A stretch of DNA of 11,893 nt from Candidatus Hydrogenedentota bacterium (GTDB lineage Bacteria > Hydrogenedentota > Hydrogenedentia > Hydrogenedentales > SLHB01). The stretch lies in the NCBI GenBank assembly GCA_034408725.1, contig JAWXCN010000069.1:1-11893 (forward strand), written 5' to 3'. The notes below the pieces were generated by a model. The model was not told the origin of the DNA and ran no database searches. It saw nothing but the letters and a program-made list of their open reading frames with translations. The translations under genes and the position numbers were made by a program. Shown here piece after piece: positions 1-7,255 of the stretch (position 1 is the first letter of the stretch; every line of letters starts with the position of its first letter).

Positions 1-385
1 AAGGCTTCAGGGACACACGAATCGAAACCAGCGCAATCTCGCTTAATTGCGAAGCGCTCTTGCCCAGGAAATGGAAAGCGGCAGCTACCCGCTGTCGCAG
101 TCCAAGGCGCTCCGCGCAAATGTTAGACGTCGGTTGGCCGCGCGCAGCGCCTTGGACTGCGGCGTGTCAGCGCCGCTTTCACTTCGGGGCACTCGAAATC
201 CGCAATAAATTTGCAGGCCTGGGGAACACGTGAATCGAAACCAGTGCAATCACACCCAACTGCGAAGCGATTTCGCCCAGGGAATGGAAAGCGGCAGCTA
301 CCCGCTGCCGCACTCCAAGGCGCTCCGCGCGGATTTTGGACGTCTATCGGCCGCGAAGCGCCTTTCCCCGATAGCGCCGCTTTCG
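1..385. repeat. Imperfect tandem duplication, period 213 bp, each unit carrying an inverted pair of REP-like palindromes (REPIN/BIME-like)
   Basis: GAATCGAAACCA at 19-30 and 232-243; AAAGCGGCAGCTACCCGCTG at 75-94 and 288-307 (offset 213 in both cases). Similarity runs to the window start, so the array may continue upstream. Confidence 0.85.
75..179. repeat. Inverted REP-like doublet (left arm 75-117, right arm 140-179)
   Basis: Left arm is AAAGCGGCAGCTACCCGCTGTCGCAGTCCAAGGCGCTCCGCGC. Reverse complement of the right arm is AAAGCGGCGCTGACACGCCGCAGTCCAAGGCGCTGCGCGC. They share the AAAGCGGC head and CGCAGTCCAAGGCGCTnCGCGC tail, and each arm has its own internal hairpin. Confidence 0.8.
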
Positions 386-513
386 TTGCGTCACGCCGGG
401 TCATTTGGAACCTAAGAGCGATTGCCCTGGGGTGTTCCGCGATTCCATATAACGATCAAACGAATCTGATATTCTGTTGCCCCGCACTCGATACTACTGA
501 CCGGAGAACGAAC

Positions 514-1974
514 ATGACCGTGAACCGTTTACGCCGCAAGCGCTGGCAGCCATCCCTGTCAACCATTGTTTTCGCGCTGGTAAGTTGGACGGCCTGCTCG
601 ATGGCGGAACTCCACGCGGGCGCGTCCAGCGCCAGCATAACGCCCAATCAGCCCGTTGCGCTGAACGGCCAGATGAACACACGTATCGCCACCGAAACCG
701 CAAGTGAAGTCATGGCCATCGCCCTTGCGCTGGAATCGCGCGATGGCGATCTCGTGAAAGACCAGGCGATTGTAGTGTCCTGCGATTTGGCCATGATCAG
801 CAACGGGATCATTGAAAAATCGCGCGAACGCATCAAGGTTCGGATTCCCGGATTCGATGCAAACAAGCTCATCGTCAACGCTACGCACACGCACACCGCG
901 CCGGTCACGGAAGTCGATGTTTACGAAATTCCCAAGGAAGGCGTCATGCAGCCGGCCGAATACATCGAATTTCTGTGCGACCGGATCGCCGATGCCGCCG
1001 CGTCCGCGTGGGAAGCGCGAAAACCCGCAAGCGCCGGCTGGGGCCTTGGCCATGCCATCGTCGCGCAGAACCGTCGAACGGTTTACGCCGATGGCCGCGC
1101 GCAAATGTACGGCCCGACGGACAAACCGGATTTTCGCCGCATCGAAGGCTACGAAGACCACGGCGTCGAAGTCTTGTTCTTCTGGGACACTGAGCAGCAA
1201 CTCGTCGCGACCGCCGTGAATCTCCCGTGCCCCGCACAGGAAGTCGAAGGAGACTCTCGCATTGACGCCGACGTCTGGCACCCGGTTCGTGAGACGTTGC
1301 GCGCAAAGTACGGCAACCAACTAACGGTGCTCGGCTGGACTGGCGCCTCGGGTGATCAATCTCCCCACCTCATGTATAGCAAACGCGCGGAGGAACGCAT
1401 GCGCGAACTGCGCAGCCTCACCCGCCTCGAGGAGTTATCCGGCCGCATTGTCCGCGCGTGGGAAGAAGCCTACGAAGGCGCACAGAAGGACCGTCACGCC
1501 GACCCTGTGCTTGCCCATAGTGTCCAAACAATTGAATTGCCGCTACGCATCATCACGGACGATGAATACGCCTCGGCAAAGGCGAAGGTCGAAGAATTTT
1601 CCAAGGACCCCAGCAAGCGGCGGAGTGAAACCTGGCATCAGGACGTCGTGAATCGCTATGACAGACAACTGGCCGGCACGGCTACCCCCTACAAAATGGA
1701 GATGCACGCGCTTCGCATAGGCGACATCGCTATCGCCACGAATGATTTCGAGTTATACACGGATTTCGGAATCCAGATGAAGGCCCGCAGCCGCGCGTTG
1801 CAAACCTTCATCATTCAACTCGCAGGGCACGGCACCTACGTGCCAACCGAGCGTGCGGCAAAAGGCGGCGGTTACAGCGCCATCGCGGAGAGCAATGTCG
1901 TAGGACATGAAGGCGGGCAAGTCCTCACCGAAATGACGATTGAAGCAATTAACCTGTTGTTTCCACCGGAATAA
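514..1974 (+). CDS. Secreted neutral/alkaline non-lysosomal ceramidase-like metallohydrolase (486 aa), substrate unknown
   Basis: ATG at 514 is in frame with ORF 211..1974 and follows GGAG (503-506). The N-terminus is basic then hydrophobic (signal peptide-like). Family motifs: AGASSASITP..P..LNG, VSCDL, NATHTHTAP, GASGDQSP, FELYTDFG, GTYVPT..A..GGY. Confidence 0.75.
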   Translation: MTVNRLRRKRWQPSLSTIVFALVSWTACSMAELHAGASSASITPNQPVALNGQMNTRIATETASEVMAIALALESRDGDLVKDQAIVVSCDLAMISNGIIEKSRERIKVRIPGFDANKLIVNATHTHTAPVTEVDVYEIPKEGVMQPAEYIEFLCDRIADAAASAWEARKPASAGWGLGHAIVAQNRRTVYADGRAQMYGPTDKPDFRRIEGYEDHGVEVLFFWDTEQQLVATAVNLPCPAQEVEGDSRIDADVWHPVRETLRAKYGNQLTVLGWTGASGDQSPHLMYSKRAEERMRELRSLTRLEELSGRIVRAWEEAYEGAQKDRHADPVLAHSVQTIELPLRIITDDEYASAKAKVEEFSKDPSKRRSETWHQDVVNRYDRQLAGTATPYKMEMHALRIGDIAIATNDFELYTDFGIQMKARSRALQTFIIQLAGHGTYVPTERAAKGGGYSAIAESNVVGHEGGQVLTEMTIEAINLLFPPE

Positions 1975-2028
1975 TCCACGATTACTCTCCAAGGTATTTC
2001 AAATGGTCGGATTGGATGCAACTCAAAG

Positions 2029-3462
2029 TTAAAACAATTCTACGACGTCAAACGTATACTCGACATCCCCCGTTGTGTGGACTTTAAGATAAAATTCGCC
2101 AGCATCCTCGCAAATGATGAATGCCTGATAGGGGGGGCGATCTGGAATTACACGCGCAACGAACTTTTGGTTCTTGACACTATATAAATCCGCGGTGAAT
2201 GTTGCCCGGGGGTCCTTGGGAAGCAAGTACCAATCTATCCGCCAGACTTTGGACATGATTTTGAACGGGGGAAACTGCTTGTTCGATTTGTCGCTTATTC
2301 TAATCACCTTGGTTTGGGAGAGCACTGGCTCATAATCGTTCAGCAACGCCTCGTTTAAAAGGTCGATTCGTGCGAGAATCTCAGAAAACCGATATTCATG
2401 ATTCGCTTGCATTTGTTCTGCGGCGTTTTCCATTGACCTTTGCTTAACAATCAAGTTGTTGATGACGTTCTGATGAGATTTTCGGCGATTCTGGTATATT
2501 TCAGATGCTGCAGCAGCTTGGGATCCCACTCTATTTGAATCCAACATGGCTTTATAGGCGTATTCATTCATTAGGGTGCCCGATATTTGAGCTGAATATT
2601 CCTGGCCCGTCGCAGTTTCTGCTATAAAGTCCTTCTGGAATGAATCGCGCATTTCAGAATTCCAATTCAAATCGAAATCATCATAAATACTGGCTAAGGT
2701 GCTCGCTTCCGATAAATTCTCCAATTGAACTGCAGTATGACGACTTGAAATGGCACTTTGATTTTGATTCAATTCTTGAAAATTCTCCCCGACTACTTGA
2801 GATCGAGCGGACACGAGCCTCGAATACTCGGCCGCCCCCATATTGAGCATGTTAGCGTAATAATTCTGAATGTACTGCCGGTGTTCGTTCGGAAGTGCTC
2901 TCCATTTTTCGATTTCGGATTCGAGTAAGGCTACGGATTTCATATACTCCTTCGCTTTGAAATCCGCGAGGGCCTGAGTAGGATCCTTCGCAGGATGAGT
3001 TTCGGTTGCTGATTCCTGTTGAGCTGAAGCGATTTGCTTCTTGGGGGAATTCTCAACTGCAGAAACGAGGTCCTTATATTCATTGTCGTCGCCAGCGGAC
3101 AGCGTGTCTAGTTCAGCGAATCCTTTTTGAAGAATAAATTTATTTAATGAATTTCCGTTGGGTAGCGTAATTTCAACGTAGGTTAGCCCGGATATCACCT
3201 TGATTGGCGTTACTTGCACATCAATGTCTCCGCATTGCTCTTTCAAATAGCCATGCACTTGAGCAATCACGCTGCGAGTCATTTTGTCGCAGTTTACCCC
3301 ATATAATCCCACCAATAATTCTTTTTCAAGCACCGTGAGTTTGACGGCATCTCCGCCAACACCCCCAGCGACTTTTGCAGTGAAAGGTCCCTCTGGCACC
3401 CCCTCAAGCGTCGGGCCTGTCAGCGAACAGATTATTGCCATAGCAACCAACGTACATGTCAT
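2029..3462 (-). CDS. Secreted hypothetical protein (477 aa): degenerate SNase/thermonuclease-like domain, helical middle region, C-terminal beta-rich domain
   Basis: Long uninterrupted ORF with GGAG about 9 nt upstream of the ATG and a hydrophobic N-terminus. Residues ~27-137 follow the SNase pattern (FTAKV..GGDAV..LYGVNC..VQV..EITLPNGNSLNKFILQKGFA). Confidence 0.75.
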   Translation of the reverse strand: MTCTLVAMAIICSLTGPTLEGVPEGPFTAKVAGGVGGDAVKLTVLEKELLVGLYGVNCDKMTRSVIAQVHGYLKEQCGDIDVQVTPIKVISGLTYVEITLPNGNSLNKFILQKGFAELDTLSAGDDNEYKDLVSAVENSPKKQIASAQQESATETHPAKDPTQALADFKAKEYMKSVALLESEIEKWRALPNEHRQYIQNYYANMLNMGAAEYSRLVSARSQVVGENFQELNQNQSAISSRHTAVQLENLSEASTLASIYDDFDLNWNSEMRDSFQKDFIAETATGQEYSAQISGTLMNEYAYKAMLDSNRVGSQAAAASEIYQNRRKSHQNVINNLIVKQRSMENAAEQMQANHEYRFSEILARIDLLNEALLNDYEPVLSQTKVIRISDKSNKQFPPFKIMSKVWRIDWYLLPKDPRATFTADLYSVKNQKFVARVIPDRPPYQAFIICEDAGEFYLKVHTTGDVEYTFDVVELF

Positions 3463-3670
3463 TGATATGTGCTCCGTTTATGGTGTTGAGCCGACGTTAA
3501 CCATGAGTATAGAGAAAAGAACGATAAAAATGCTAATGATATTAAAAAATCGATCCCCTGTAATGGCGAATAAAGCGAAAATTTAGACCCACGTGATGTC
3601 AAATTGAATAATCCTCGAATCCTGTGCTAGAAACCACCCGGTTACATCCCGCGACAAGGACCCATTTTTT
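3463..3670. promoter_or_regulatory. AT-rich divergent promoter region
   Basis: Lies between two divergently transcribed genes. Candidate -10 TATACT on the minus strand (3506-3511). On the plus strand: weak TTGAAT (3604-3609), TG-n-TAGAAA (3625-3633) and RBS-like AAGGA (3656-3660). Individual promoter elements are uncertain. Confidence 0.4.
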
Positions 3671-4588
3671 ATGCACGTGACACTGGGAATTAACACGGGC
3701 TTCGCAATCAACCGGTTTCCGGAACACGACGACTGGATCAGCGTCGTCGCCGATGACCTCGGACTGGATACGGTCCAGTTCACCGCCGACCTACTGAATC
3801 CTTTCCTGCCGGAGGACATCATCGCGCGGGAGGCGGACACGATCCGCGAGCTGTGCGCGAAGAAGAGCGTGCGCGTTCAAACCACGTTTACCTCCGCATT
3901 TACGCGCGTAAACCATCTCATGCATCCCACGCCAGAGATTCAGCGCGTCTGGGTGGATTGGTTCAAGCGCTTCATCCGTCTGTCGCGCTCACTCGGCGCG
4001 GAGGGCGCGGGAAGTCATTTTGGCATCATGAGCGTGCGCGACAATGCTGACCCCGCCGTTCGCGAACGCCGCATTAACCAGGCGGTCGATGCCTGGCGCG
4101 AGTTATCGGAATACGGGCGCGAGGAAGGCTTGAGCTACTTGTTATTCGAACCCATGTCCGTCCCGCGCGAAGTTGCCGAAACGATCCCCGCGACCGCGGA
4201 CATTCTCGCGCGCTGCGAAAAAGACTTTGCAATACCCATGCGCGTGGTATTAGACGTTGACCATGGCGACCTGCAGTCGACTGATCCGCGCGATACGGAC
4301 CCGCATGCGTGGATTCGCGCGTTCGGGACGGTGTCACCCTGCATCCACATTAAACAAAGCTTGCGCGATAAAGGCGGGCACTATCCATTTACAGCGAAGT
4401 ACAACGAGCAGGGAAAAATCGTGCCGGAGGATATTCTCACGACCATGCGCGAAGCGGGTGTAAAGGACTGCACGTTGTTGCTGGAGATTAGCCATCGGGA
4501 ACGTTGGCCAATGGATTACACCGTCGTGAGCGATTTGAAAGAATCGGTCGAGTATTGGCGGCCGGCGATTGAATCGCTAAAGAGATAG
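3671..4588 (+). CDS. eryC: EryC-like sugar-phosphate epimerase (D-erythrulose 1-phosphate 3-epimerase family; xylose-isomerase-like TIM barrel), 305 aa
   Basis: Matches my recollection of Brucella EryC along its length: INT..AINRF, R.NH..HP, WVDWFK.F, EPMS..RE..ETI, D.DHGD..S..P.D.DP.AW, SP.IHIKQSL.DKGGH.PFTA..N..G.I.PE, LE.S..ER, ESV.YW. The symbol denotes homology; the substrate is unproven. Confidence 0.75.
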   Translation: MHVTLGINTGFAINRFPEHDDWISVVADDLGLDTVQFTADLLNPFLPEDIIAREADTIRELCAKKSVRVQTTFTSAFTRVNHLMHPTPEIQRVWVDWFKRFIRLSRSLGAEGAGSHFGIMSVRDNADPAVRERRINQAVDAWRELSEYGREEGLSYLLFEPMSVPREVAETIPATADILARCEKDFAIPMRVVLDVDHGDLQSTDPRDTDPHAWIRAFGTVSPCIHIKQSLRDKGGHYPFTAKYNEQGKIVPEDILTTMREAGVKDCTLLLEISHRERWPMDYTVVSDLKESVEYWRPAIESLKR

Positions 4589-4590
4589 AT

Positions 4591-4710
4591 TTCGTCGTGC
4601 TCGTGCTCGTGCTCGTAATCGTAATCCTGATTCAATCCTGGTTTCTCAATTAAGCCCCAGATCAAAAATTATTCAGGATCAATTACGAGCACAATTACGA
4701 ACACGACGAA
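4591..4710. repeat. Long imperfect inverted repeat of GTGCTC/GTAATY hexamers (arms 4591-4630 and 4673-4710)
   Basis: Arm 1 is TTCGTCGTGCTCGTGCTCGTGCTCGTAATCGTAATCCTGA. Reverse complement of arm 2 is TTCGTCGTGTTCGTAATTGTGCTCGTAATTGATCCTGA. It begins 3 nt after the eryC-like stop codon. Confidence 0.85.
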
Positions 4711-4728
4711 TTAGTAGCGCCGTCAATA

Positions 4729-4755
4729 GTAGCGCCGCCATTGCCAAGGGCGGCG
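4729..4755 (+). repeat. GTAG-type REP-like hairpin
   Basis: GTAG + CGCCGCC + 9-nt loop ATTGCCAAG + GGCGGCG (perfect 7-bp stem). TAGTAGCGCCG is directly duplicated at 4712-4722 and 4727-4737. Confidence 0.65.
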
Positions 4756-4810
4756 AGTGCCGGAGCCACTGACCGCGTTCAGTTGCGAGACGAGTATGCA
4801 GCGATGCTTT

Positions 4811-4872
4811 CTACGAAATGTGGGATCGATTACGATTACGATTACGATTACAATTACGAGCACGAGCACGAT
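4811..4872 (-). repeat. Hexamer array with GATCC-linker-CATTTC-GTAG end
   Basis: Plus strand reads CTACGAAATGTGG-GATC-(GATTAC)x4-AATTAC-(GAGCAC)x2-GAT. It is an inverted homologue of 8271-8322. Confidence 0.85.
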
Positions 4873-4899
4873 GAGACGTTATGCGATGAGGGAGCGGAG

Positions 4900-5901
4900 T
4901 TATTCTTCCCGCGCGCGAAGGCCCGAGAACCCAAAATACCCCGCCAACAGCACAAGCTCCACGCAGCCAAACGAAATCTTCAGCCAATACGGCACCACCG
5001 GCTCGTGGTATTGCGACAGCCACGCTTCGATAATTGCCGCCCACACCAGCATCAGAGCTACGCCGAAAATCAGCGTGACAATGTCCGGCGTAATCTCGCG
5101 CAGCCTGCCCTTGACCGATATGCGCGAACCCCAACCAACAATCGCATGCCCGAGCATCAAGCCGGCTTGGCCCGCGATCAGTATCGCGGGAATCTCGAAT
5201 GCGCCGTGCGGCAACAACCATGCAACGAGAAAAACACCTTCGCCCGCAAGGAAATAGTCAATACTGACCGCGCCGAGCAGCGCGCCGTTCACAAACAACA
5301 CGAGCATCGTGCCGATGCCCCAGAACACGCCCAACGCCATCGCGCGAATTGACACGCTGACATTGTTATAAATGTAAAAACTGGTCCCCATTGCCTTGCT
5401 GTTCGCGCGCTCGTCGAATTTTTGTACTTTCTCTTCTTGCGCGACCCGTTCGCGCGGATCGATGCTGAGATGCGCATAGGGCAGCAGCGTTTCCTTTGCC
5501 CGCGAATCAAATGCAATCGCGCCCGCGCCCACCGCGCTTCCCGCGAGCATGATTACCGTGGACAATGCAAACGCCGCCGCATGCCGCCGGAACGTTTTGG
5601 GCAGTGAAATAAAGAGCCATCGCACCGGGCTGAAGCGGTGCGGCCGGCCGCGCACTTCGTGAATGTGGCCGTACGCCCGGCTCACGAGGCTTTCCAGAAA
5701 ATGTGTCAGCTCCGGCTCTGACGCAAAAGTCTTGAGCTTCGCCAAGTCCGCCGTTGCGCGCTCGTAGAGGTAATGGGTGCGCCGCGCGGTTGGAAGGTCG
5801 GGCGCGTACTGGGCGTCGGCTTCCATAATGTCGAGAATGCGCTCGAGCTCGCCCCAGTAGGGCCGCTCCTCGCGCAAAAATTTGTTGAGATCGATGATCA
5901 T
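4900..5901 (-). CDS. Stage II sporulation protein M (SpoIIM/DUF95) family integral membrane protein, 333 aa
   Basis: Motifs IYNN..V....ALG...GIGT..VL.VNG.LLG, LLPHG.FEIPAI.IAG.AG, and L.V.AAIIEA..S. Soluble N-terminal extension (W.ELE..Y.RA.ADLA). Multiple TM helices. Last gene of the MoxR operon. Confidence 0.85.
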   Translation of the reverse strand: MIIDLNKFLREERPYWGELERILDIMEADAQYAPDLPTARRTHYLYERATADLAKLKTFASEPELTHFLESLVSRAYGHIHEVRGRPHRFSPVRWLFISLPKTFRRHAAAFALSTVIMLAGSAVGAGAIAFDSRAKETLLPYAHLSIDPRERVAQEEKVQKFDERANSKAMGTSFYIYNNVSVSIRAMALGVFWGIGTMLVLFVNGALLGAVSIDYFLAGEGVFLVAWLLPHGAFEIPAILIAGQAGLMLGHAIVGWGSRISVKGRLREITPDIVTLIFGVALMLVWAAIIEAWLSQYHEPVVPYWLKISFGCVELVLLAGYFGFSGLRAREE

Positions 5902-5908
5902 GCGTGTG

Positions 5909-7255
5909 TCAGATCAGTTGCCGCTGTTTCACGTTTGTGTATTGCGTCACAATTTCCGCGCACATCCGCTCATTGTCCATCAGGAAAAAGCCGACACCCA
6001 TGCGCTTCAGCGCGCGCTCGACTTCTTTTAAATCGTGCCACATCATATGGCCAGCGAGATGGCCATAGACTTCCTCGTCCCGCTCTACCCCGGCATGGGT
6101 GAATAGCGGTCTCACGCCCGGCGGCGTCATCATTCCGGTAAGACAAACGTGCTGGCGCCGCACCAATTCTATGTTCCGCAAAAAACTTTCTTTCAGCACG
6201 GTGTCGTCGAGGTTCGTGAGAAACAACAAAAGCGCGCGCCGCCGCAGGCGCAACCGCAAAAAGGAAAACAGCTCGTCAAAGTCCGGATTCACGATCTCCG
6301 GTTGAAGCGTGTACAGCATGTCCCGGCATGCGTTGAAGTGCGCCTGGCCCGTCTTTGCGCGCACGAACCCGCGCACGCGATCGGTAAACGAAACGAGCCC
6401 GAACAGGTCGCCCTGGCGTTCCGCGACCATCCCGAGAATAAGCGATGCCGTGATGAACCGTTCCAGGTAACTTACATCGCCTTCCACGCCGTTCGTCTGC
6501 ATGCGTACCGCGCGCGCGCTCAAGCGCGACCCGTCGACGATTACATAAACCTCCTGAGTCCGCTCAAGTTGATAGGTCTTCGTAATCGGCCGGCCGCGTT
6601 TTGCCGTGCCTTTCCAATGCACGTCTTCGTAACTGTCGCCAGGAATATATTCGCGCAACTTCTCGAATTCGCGGCCCTGACCAACCTGCCGTTGCGCATG
6701 AACGCCCAAGGCGCCCCGGTTCAAAAAAATCGCGGCGAGCCGCTTTCGTTCCCCAAACAAATTCGGATACACCCGCAATTCCGACTGGACGGGGCGCGTC
6801 GCGCGCACGCCCCAAAGCCCCAGAGGAGATGCGCCTTCGACATAAAGCCGCTCGATGGTAAACAGTCCGCGTTTGTGCGGCACGATGGGCCACTGCGTTT
6901 GCGCGGCTAGCGCGCCCGCGGGCGCAATGGTCAACAGGTCTGGCCGGTCGCTCACGATTTCGCGCGGAAACGCAATGCCAAGGCGCAACGCATGGCTGCG
7001 GTTTGTTTCATTGGTGATGGTAATGGGGACCATGCCTTCCCGGTCTTTCGTCAGGCGCACAATTTCGGGCAGCGCCAAACCGATTCCGTGCAGGCGTCCG
7101 ATGGACAGCGCCGCGTCAATCAGCGCAACCACCACCAGCCCGCCGATTGCAGCAAAAGCGAGGTAAAGCGCGGAAGCCTCGAATACCGCGAGCACCGCGA
7201 ATGGAAGCACAATTGCGGCGGTCCAGAACAATAATCGTGTGCGTGGAACGATCAC
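5909..7255 (-). CDS. DUF58 domain-containing protein (MoxR partner, vWA-like C-terminal part), 448 aa
   Basis: Two N-terminal TM segments. RG.F..SPLGLW..LRVYP, then G.G.EFEKLREY.PGD....VHWK.TAKRG.PITK.YQ.ER.Q, and a MIDAS-like VDGSRLS. Its GTG start overlaps the moxR stop (GTGA). Confidence 0.88.
   Translation of the reverse strand: MIVPRTRLLFWTAAIVLPFAVLAVFEASALYLAFAAIGGLVVVALIDAALSIGRLHGIGLALPEIVRLTKDREGMVPITITNETNRSHALRLGIAFPREIVSDRPDLLTIAPAGALAAQTQWPIVPHKRGLFTIERLYVEGASPLGLWGVRATRPVQSELRVYPNLFGERKRLAAIFLNRGALGVHAQRQVGQGREFEKLREYIPGDSYEDVHWKGTAKRGRPITKTYQLERTQEVYVIVDGSRLSARAVRMQTNGVEGDVSYLERFITASLILGMVAERQGDLFGLVSFTDRVRGFVRAKTGQAHFNACRDMLYTLQPEIVNPDFDELFSFLRLRLRRRALLLFLTNLDDTVLKESFLRNIELVRRQHVCLTGMMTPPGVRPLFTHAGVERDEEVYGHLAGHMMWHDLKEVERALKRMGVGFFLMDNERMCAEIVTQYTNVKQRQLI

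Noticed and set aside
1..385. Possible CRISPR array
   Set aside because: Only two 213-bp units, the intervening sequences are homologous rather than unique, palindromes occur in both orientations, and there are no cas genes.
459..478. Weak dyad AACGAAT-CTGAT-ATTCTGTT upstream of the hydrolase as a possible operator
   Set aside because: Short, imperfect, single occurrence, and no regulator gene nearby; could arise by chance.
211..513. 101-aa N-terminal extension of the ceramidase-like ORF
   Set aside because: It runs through the REP-like repeat from a TTG with no RBS. ATG 514 has an RBS and exposes a signal peptide.
1975..2028. Intrinsic terminator between the convergent hydrolase and pseudo-nuclease genes
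   Set aside because: No convincing GC-rich stem with a U-tract on either strand.
2029..3462. Active nuclease toxin or anti-phage defence gene
   Set aside because: Most SNase catalytic residues are missing, and no immunity or partner gene is adjacent.
3284..3586. 100-aa plus-strand ORF across the start of the low-GC gene
   Set aside because: More than half is antisense to the SNase-like domain, it has no ATG start or RBS, and the rest is AT-rich intergenic DNA.
4741..5352. ORF with a DYDYDYDYNYEHEH tract, and the similar 8181..8387 ORF (YEHDYEHEHD)
   Set aside because: These tracts are simply translations of the GATTAC/GAGCAC arrays. The first ORF lies antisense to spoIIM; the second spans the DUF4350-moxR gap and overlaps both genes out of frame.
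4900..5901. Evidence for sporulation from the SpoIIM-like gene
   Set aside because: The SpoIIM/DUF95 family is widespread in non-sporulating bacteria, and the context here is a MoxR cluster.
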